From Eimeria praecox (Eukaryota), in contig OY986946.1 of the NCBI GenBank assembly GCA_963920595.1, positions 1,674,001 through 1,738,000 of the forward strand: 64,000 nt of DNA, given 5' to 3'. The notes under the pieces were generated by a model. That model saw only the letters and a list, made by a program, of their open reading frames with translations, made no database searches and was not told the DNA's origin. A program made the position numbers and the translations under genes. Below, piece after piece: positions 58,906-64,000 of the stretch (position 1 is the first letter of the stretch; the number at the start of each line of letters is the position of its first letter).

Positions 58906-61428
58906 TACATGTTTAAATGCAAGCATAAAACATATTATAAATGCTATAAAGATGATTATCTACGGGTTAGGGTTTAGGGTTTAGGGTTTAGGGTTTAGTA
59001 TACTGGGATCATGTTGATCCTAGGGTTTAGGGTTTAGGGTTTAGGGTTTAGGGTTTAGGGTTTAGGGTTTACGTTTAAGCATTCCTGCGTCATGTTCCCT
59101 CTAGAGTCAATCTATGGTTTCGGGTTTATCTAGGGTTTCGGGTCTATCTAGGGTTTCGGGTCTATCTAGGGTTTCGGGTCTATCTAGGGTTTAGGGTTAT
59201 CTAGGGTTTAGGGTTTAGGGTTTAGGGTTTAGGGTTTAGGGTTTGTGGTTTAGATGAAGAGGCAGACACTGTCGGCTGTTGCAGCCTTCGAGTAGAACAT
59301 ATATCTTTTGATGTAGATAAAACGGAGGTTACGTTAGATTTTTTAGGGAAGGATTCGATTCGATATTTTAATACTGTTAAGGTTAGTTGTTATTTTATTT
59401 TATTTTATTTTATTTTATTTTGTTTTGTTTTATTTTGTTTTGTTTTGGTTTGGTTTGGTTTAGTTTATTTTGTTTTGTTTTATTTTGTTTTATTTTATTC
59501 TATTTTATTTTATTTTGTTTTATTTTATTTATTTTATTTTTTATATTTTATTTTACTTTATTTAGTTTGTTTTAATTAGTTTTATTTTATTTTATTTTAT
59601 TTTATTTTATTTATTTTGTTTTATTTTATTTTGTTTTGTTTTGTTTGATTTCTTCGGAAAAGATTCTATGACTTATTTTTATACTGTGAACGTATCATAT
59701 TATTTTATTTATTTTATTTTATTTAATTTTATTTTATTTTATTTTATCTTCTTTATTTATTATATTTTAATATTGTATATATATATATATATATATATTA
59801 TAATTAAATTTAATTAAATTTAAATATATTTACGTATATTTATGTGTATTTATATTTACAGATAGACCCGCAAATATATTCATTTATATTATTTAATTAT
59901 ATTATTTAATTATATTATTTAATTATACTATTTAATTAAATTTGATTATATTTATTTATATTTATATTTATTTATATTTATATTTATTTATATTTAATTA
60001 TAATTATATTTATATTTATTTATATTTATATTTATTTATATTTACAGATAGACCCGCAAATATATTAATATATATTATTTAATTATATTATTTAATTATA
60101 TTATTTAATTATACTATTTAATTAAATTTAATTATATTTATTTATATTTAATTATATTTATATTTATTTATATTTATATTTATTTATATTTACAGATAGA
60201 CCCGCAAGTATATTAATTTATATTATTTAATTACATTATTTAATTATACTATTTAATTAGATTTAATTATATTTATTTATATTTAATTAGATTTATTTAT
60301 ATTTAATTATATTTATATTTATATTTATTTATATTTATTTATATTTACAGATAGATCCGCAAGTATATTCATTTATATTATTTAGTTATATTATTTAATT
60401 ATATTATTTAATTATATTATTTAAGTATACTATTTAATTATATTTATTTATATTTAATTATATTTATTTATATTTATATTTATTTATATTTACAGATAGA
60501 TCCGCAGGCTTTCAAGAACTTACAAGCTTTCTGCAGAGGGAAGAAAGCAGATGATGATGTATTCGAATCTATCAATGTTAGTATTTTTTAATTTATTTAA
60601 TTTATTTTATTTAATTTATTTTATTTATTTTATTTTATTTATGTATTAGGGTTTATATCTTTGTTTTATATATTGGGTTTGTATATTTGTTTTTATTTTT
60701 TTATTTGTTTGTTATTATTTATTCTTATCCGTTTTATTTCTTTCTTTTGTTTCTTGTATTTACTTATTTATTTATTTATTTATTTGTTTATTTATTATAT
60801 GTTTATTTATTTATTTTGATTTTATATTTATTTGTTTTTATTTTATTTGTTTAGTATATGTTTTATTTGTTTATAATTATTTTGTTTATTATTTTGTTTA
60901 TTGTTTTTTTTTGTTTGTGCGTATTTAAACCCTTTCCTTCTTCCCAAGCCCTAAACCCTAAACCCTAAACCCTAAACCCTATTTATTTGTGTGTATATAC
61001 ACCTCAGAGTACATCTTTAAACAATCATTTAAAACAACTTATGCCGGGATTAAGTGCGAAAATGTTTAGAACATACAACGCAAGTATTACTCTTCAACAA
61101 GAGCTCCAGAAACTACAGTAAACCCTAAACCCTAAACCCTAAACCCTAAACCCTAAACCCTAATTGTTTCTTATACTCTTTTTAAACCCCGCAGTCAATC
61201 AACAATATCTTCAAATCGCCGGACTATATACTACAACAACCCCTAGCGTTTAGGGTTTAGGGTTTAGGGTTTAGGGTTTAGGGTTTAGGGTTTAGGGTTT
61301 GTGGCTCAGGCCGACATTATTAAAATTTAAAGAAGATTTGGAGAAAGAGAATTTAAAAAAAGAGATGAAGACAAAGAGTAAGAAAACAGCAAAGACAGAA
61401 CCGCAGGCTTCTGCTGCTGCTGCTGCAG

Positions 61429-61472
<44 letters not shown>

Positions 61473-63957
61473 ACAGCAGCAGCATCAGCAGCATCAGCAG
61501 CTGATGATGATGATATCCCATTAAAAGATAGAAAAATAAAAACAGAAATAAATAAAGAAAACGAAAAAATAGAAAAACAAGAAGTGTTAAATGTTGATAT
61601 CTCAGATGTTAATCAACTCGTTCAATTCTACAATGATGCGAACAGGTAAACCCTCAAAAACCCTAAACCCTAAACCCTAGACCCTTTAAAACCCTAAACC
61701 CTAGATTGTAGATAGTAGAATAAACCCTAATATGTTCAATTTGTGGGGGCATTATCCTTCTATGGAGGGTTTAAAATTTGTGAGGGTTTAGGGTTTAGGG
61801 TTTAGGGTTTAGGGTTTAGGGTTTAGGGTTTTCGTGTTATTGGATTGTTTTTGATGTATTAGAGGGGGTTTTAGAATGTAGGGTTTATTTTTTTTTAGGG
61901 TTAATTGTTTTCTTTAGGGTTAATTGTTTTCTAGGGTTTTGTAGGGTTTAGGGTTTAGGTAGGGTTTAGGGTTTGGGGTTTACAGAGCTGTTGCTATCTT
62001 ATGTAACCATCAACGATCGATACCAAAACAACATGCTGCTTCTATGGCGCGACTAGAACATCAACTAGCAGCAATTGATGAAGATTTAAAAGAATTAAGA
62101 GAATATCTTTGTTTTATTAAAAAAGAAAAAAATAAAAAATTTAAATTTAATTCAGATTTTAAAGTATCGTACCCTAAACCCTAGAAAACCCTAGAAAACC
62201 CTAAACCCTAGAAAACCCTAAACCCTAAACCCTAATTTGAAAGAATATCTTTGTTTTATTAAAAAAGAAAAAAATAAAAAATTTAAATTTAATTCAGATT
62301 TTAAAGTATCGTACCCTAAACCCTAAACCCTAGAAAACCCTAAACCCTAGAAAACAATAAACCCTAGAAAACAATAAACCCTAGAAAACAATAAACCCTA
62401 GAAAACAATAAACCCTAAACCCTAATCAGGTGCTTTAGACCTAAACCCTAAACCCTAAGAACAACTAAACCCTAAGTCTAAACCCTAAACCCTAAAACAC
62501 AAAAATCGAAGCCCTAACCCTAAACCCTTGAAAATACTCTAAACCCTAAACCCTAGAAAACCCTAAACCCTAAACCCTAGGTAAACCCTAAACCCTCGTG
62601 ATTGATGTGTATACAGAGTCTTAAGGGAGAACCCCGCAAGTCTATCGTTCGAGACGGAATGAAGGAAGATGCTGTCTTAAAGAAAATAACACAACTCGAG
62701 TAAGTATAAAACCCTAAACCCTAAACCCTAAACCCTAAACCCTAGCTGTCTAAACCGTAATGTCTAGAGATACCTACACCCTAAATTCGAGACCCTTAAA
62801 CCCTAAACCCTAAACCCTAGATAGAATACATTCTTGTGATGAATGCTCTATGGCTTTCCAAAGCAGCATATAGTTTAGGGTTTAGGGTTTAGGGTTTAGG
62901 GTTTAGGGTTTAGTTGTCGCGGGCGTATGTTTGTTTGTCTTCTTCATCTACTCTTCTTTGTTTGCGGCTTTGTGAGGTCTTATATAACTAGAACATATAT
63001 TATTTATTTATTTATTTGTTTATATTTATATTTATATTTATATTTATATTTATATTTATATTTATATTTATATTTATATTTATATTTATATTTATATTTA
63101 TATTTATATTTGTATTTATTTATATCTATTTATCTATTAATTAACTTCTTATTTATATTTATAAATACTATGAATAGTACTTATTAATTATCAACAACGC
63201 AAGGATGCAGTCTATAACCTCCCCCCGCATCTCCTAGGGTTTAGGGTTTAGGGTTTAGGGTTTAGGGTTTAGGGTTTGTATGTGTGTTTGTAGGAAGAAA
63301 CGTCAAACACATTCCTTACGCATGCAAATCAAAGATAGTAATAAAACTGTGGCGTTGGGGACATCAAAAATAAATTATATGGATCCTCGTATAACTGTTG
63401 CATTTTGTAAAACTTACGAATTACCTATAGAAAAAATATTTAATAAAGTATGTTTTTTTATGAATTTACTAATTAATTTATTTATTCTTTTAATCCATTT
63501 ATTTATTTATGATTTAATTTATCTATTTATGTATTTATTTCTTTATTTTATTTATTTATTTTATATATTTATCTCCATATCGATCCTCGTATAACTGTTG
63601 CATTTTGTAAAACTTACGAATTACCTATAGAAAAAATATTTAATAAAGTATGTTTTTTTATGAATTTACTAATTAATTTATTTATTCTTTTAATCCATTT
63701 ATTTATTTATGATTTAATTTATCTATTTATGTATTTATTTCTTTATTTTATTTATTTATTTTATATATTTATCTCCATATCGATCCTCGTATAACTGTTG
63801 CATTTTGTAAAACTTACGAATTACCTATAGAAAAAATATTTAATAAAGTATGTTTTTTTATGAATTTACTAATTAATTTATTTATTCTTTTAATCTATTT
63901 ATTTATTTATAATTTAATGTATTATAAGTATGGATAGATACATAGACTTTGTCTCTT

Positions 63958-64000
<43 letters not shown>
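53785..64000 (+). CDS. TOP1: DNA topoisomerase I (type IB); last exon(s) lie beyond the window
   Basis: Exons: 53785-53805, 54054-54707, 55206-55330, 55812-56196, 56727-56873, 57885-58037, 58544-58760, 59254-59381, 60496-60576, 61008-61117, 61310-61645, 61986-62163, 62617-62699, 63294-63447. Motifs: [88 protein letters not shown] (catalytic Tyr). Confidence 0.97.
63382..63912 (+). repeat. Tandem triplication of a 200-bp unit (3' part of a TOP1 exon plus donor plus intron)
   Basis: gatcctcgtataactgttgc... begins at 63382, 63582 and 63782 (period exactly 200); the third copy diverges after ~63895. Confidence 0.95.

Overview
Intron-rich eukaryotic DNA from a coccidian apicomplexan, most likely Eimeria. 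The evidence is pervasive (CAG)n tracts encoding poly-Ala/Gln/Ser, interstitial telomere-like (AAACCCT)n heptamers, and TGCATGCA-type motifs. By hand-splicing GT/GC-AG junctions I reconstruct nine protein genes: a CDK12/CDK9-class kinase (-), UCHL5/UCH37 (-), COA5/PET191 (+), NDOR1/TAH18 (-), a Nudix hydrolase (+), a FIGNL1-like AAA ATPase (+), a compact DNAJC11-like J-protein (-), an EF-hand/TMEM65 fusion (+), and DNA topoisomerase IB (+, running off the 3' end). There is also a head-to-head pair of identical tRNA-Ser(GCT) genes. Four signals stand out. (1) Many introns are bracketed by inverted telomere-like arrays, AAACCCT after the donor and AGGGTTT before the acceptor, suggesting RNA stem-bridged splicing. 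(2) TOP1 introns carry serial tandem duplications of splice junctions that create candidate micro/poison exons whose differences are largely synonymous. (3) A dispersed GGTGTAYRTACACC palindrome supplies splice sites and codons. (4) A canonical EF-hand is fused to a TMEM65 domain. Gene models are manual and untested against RNA-seq, and most ORF-track entries are repeat-frame artefacts.
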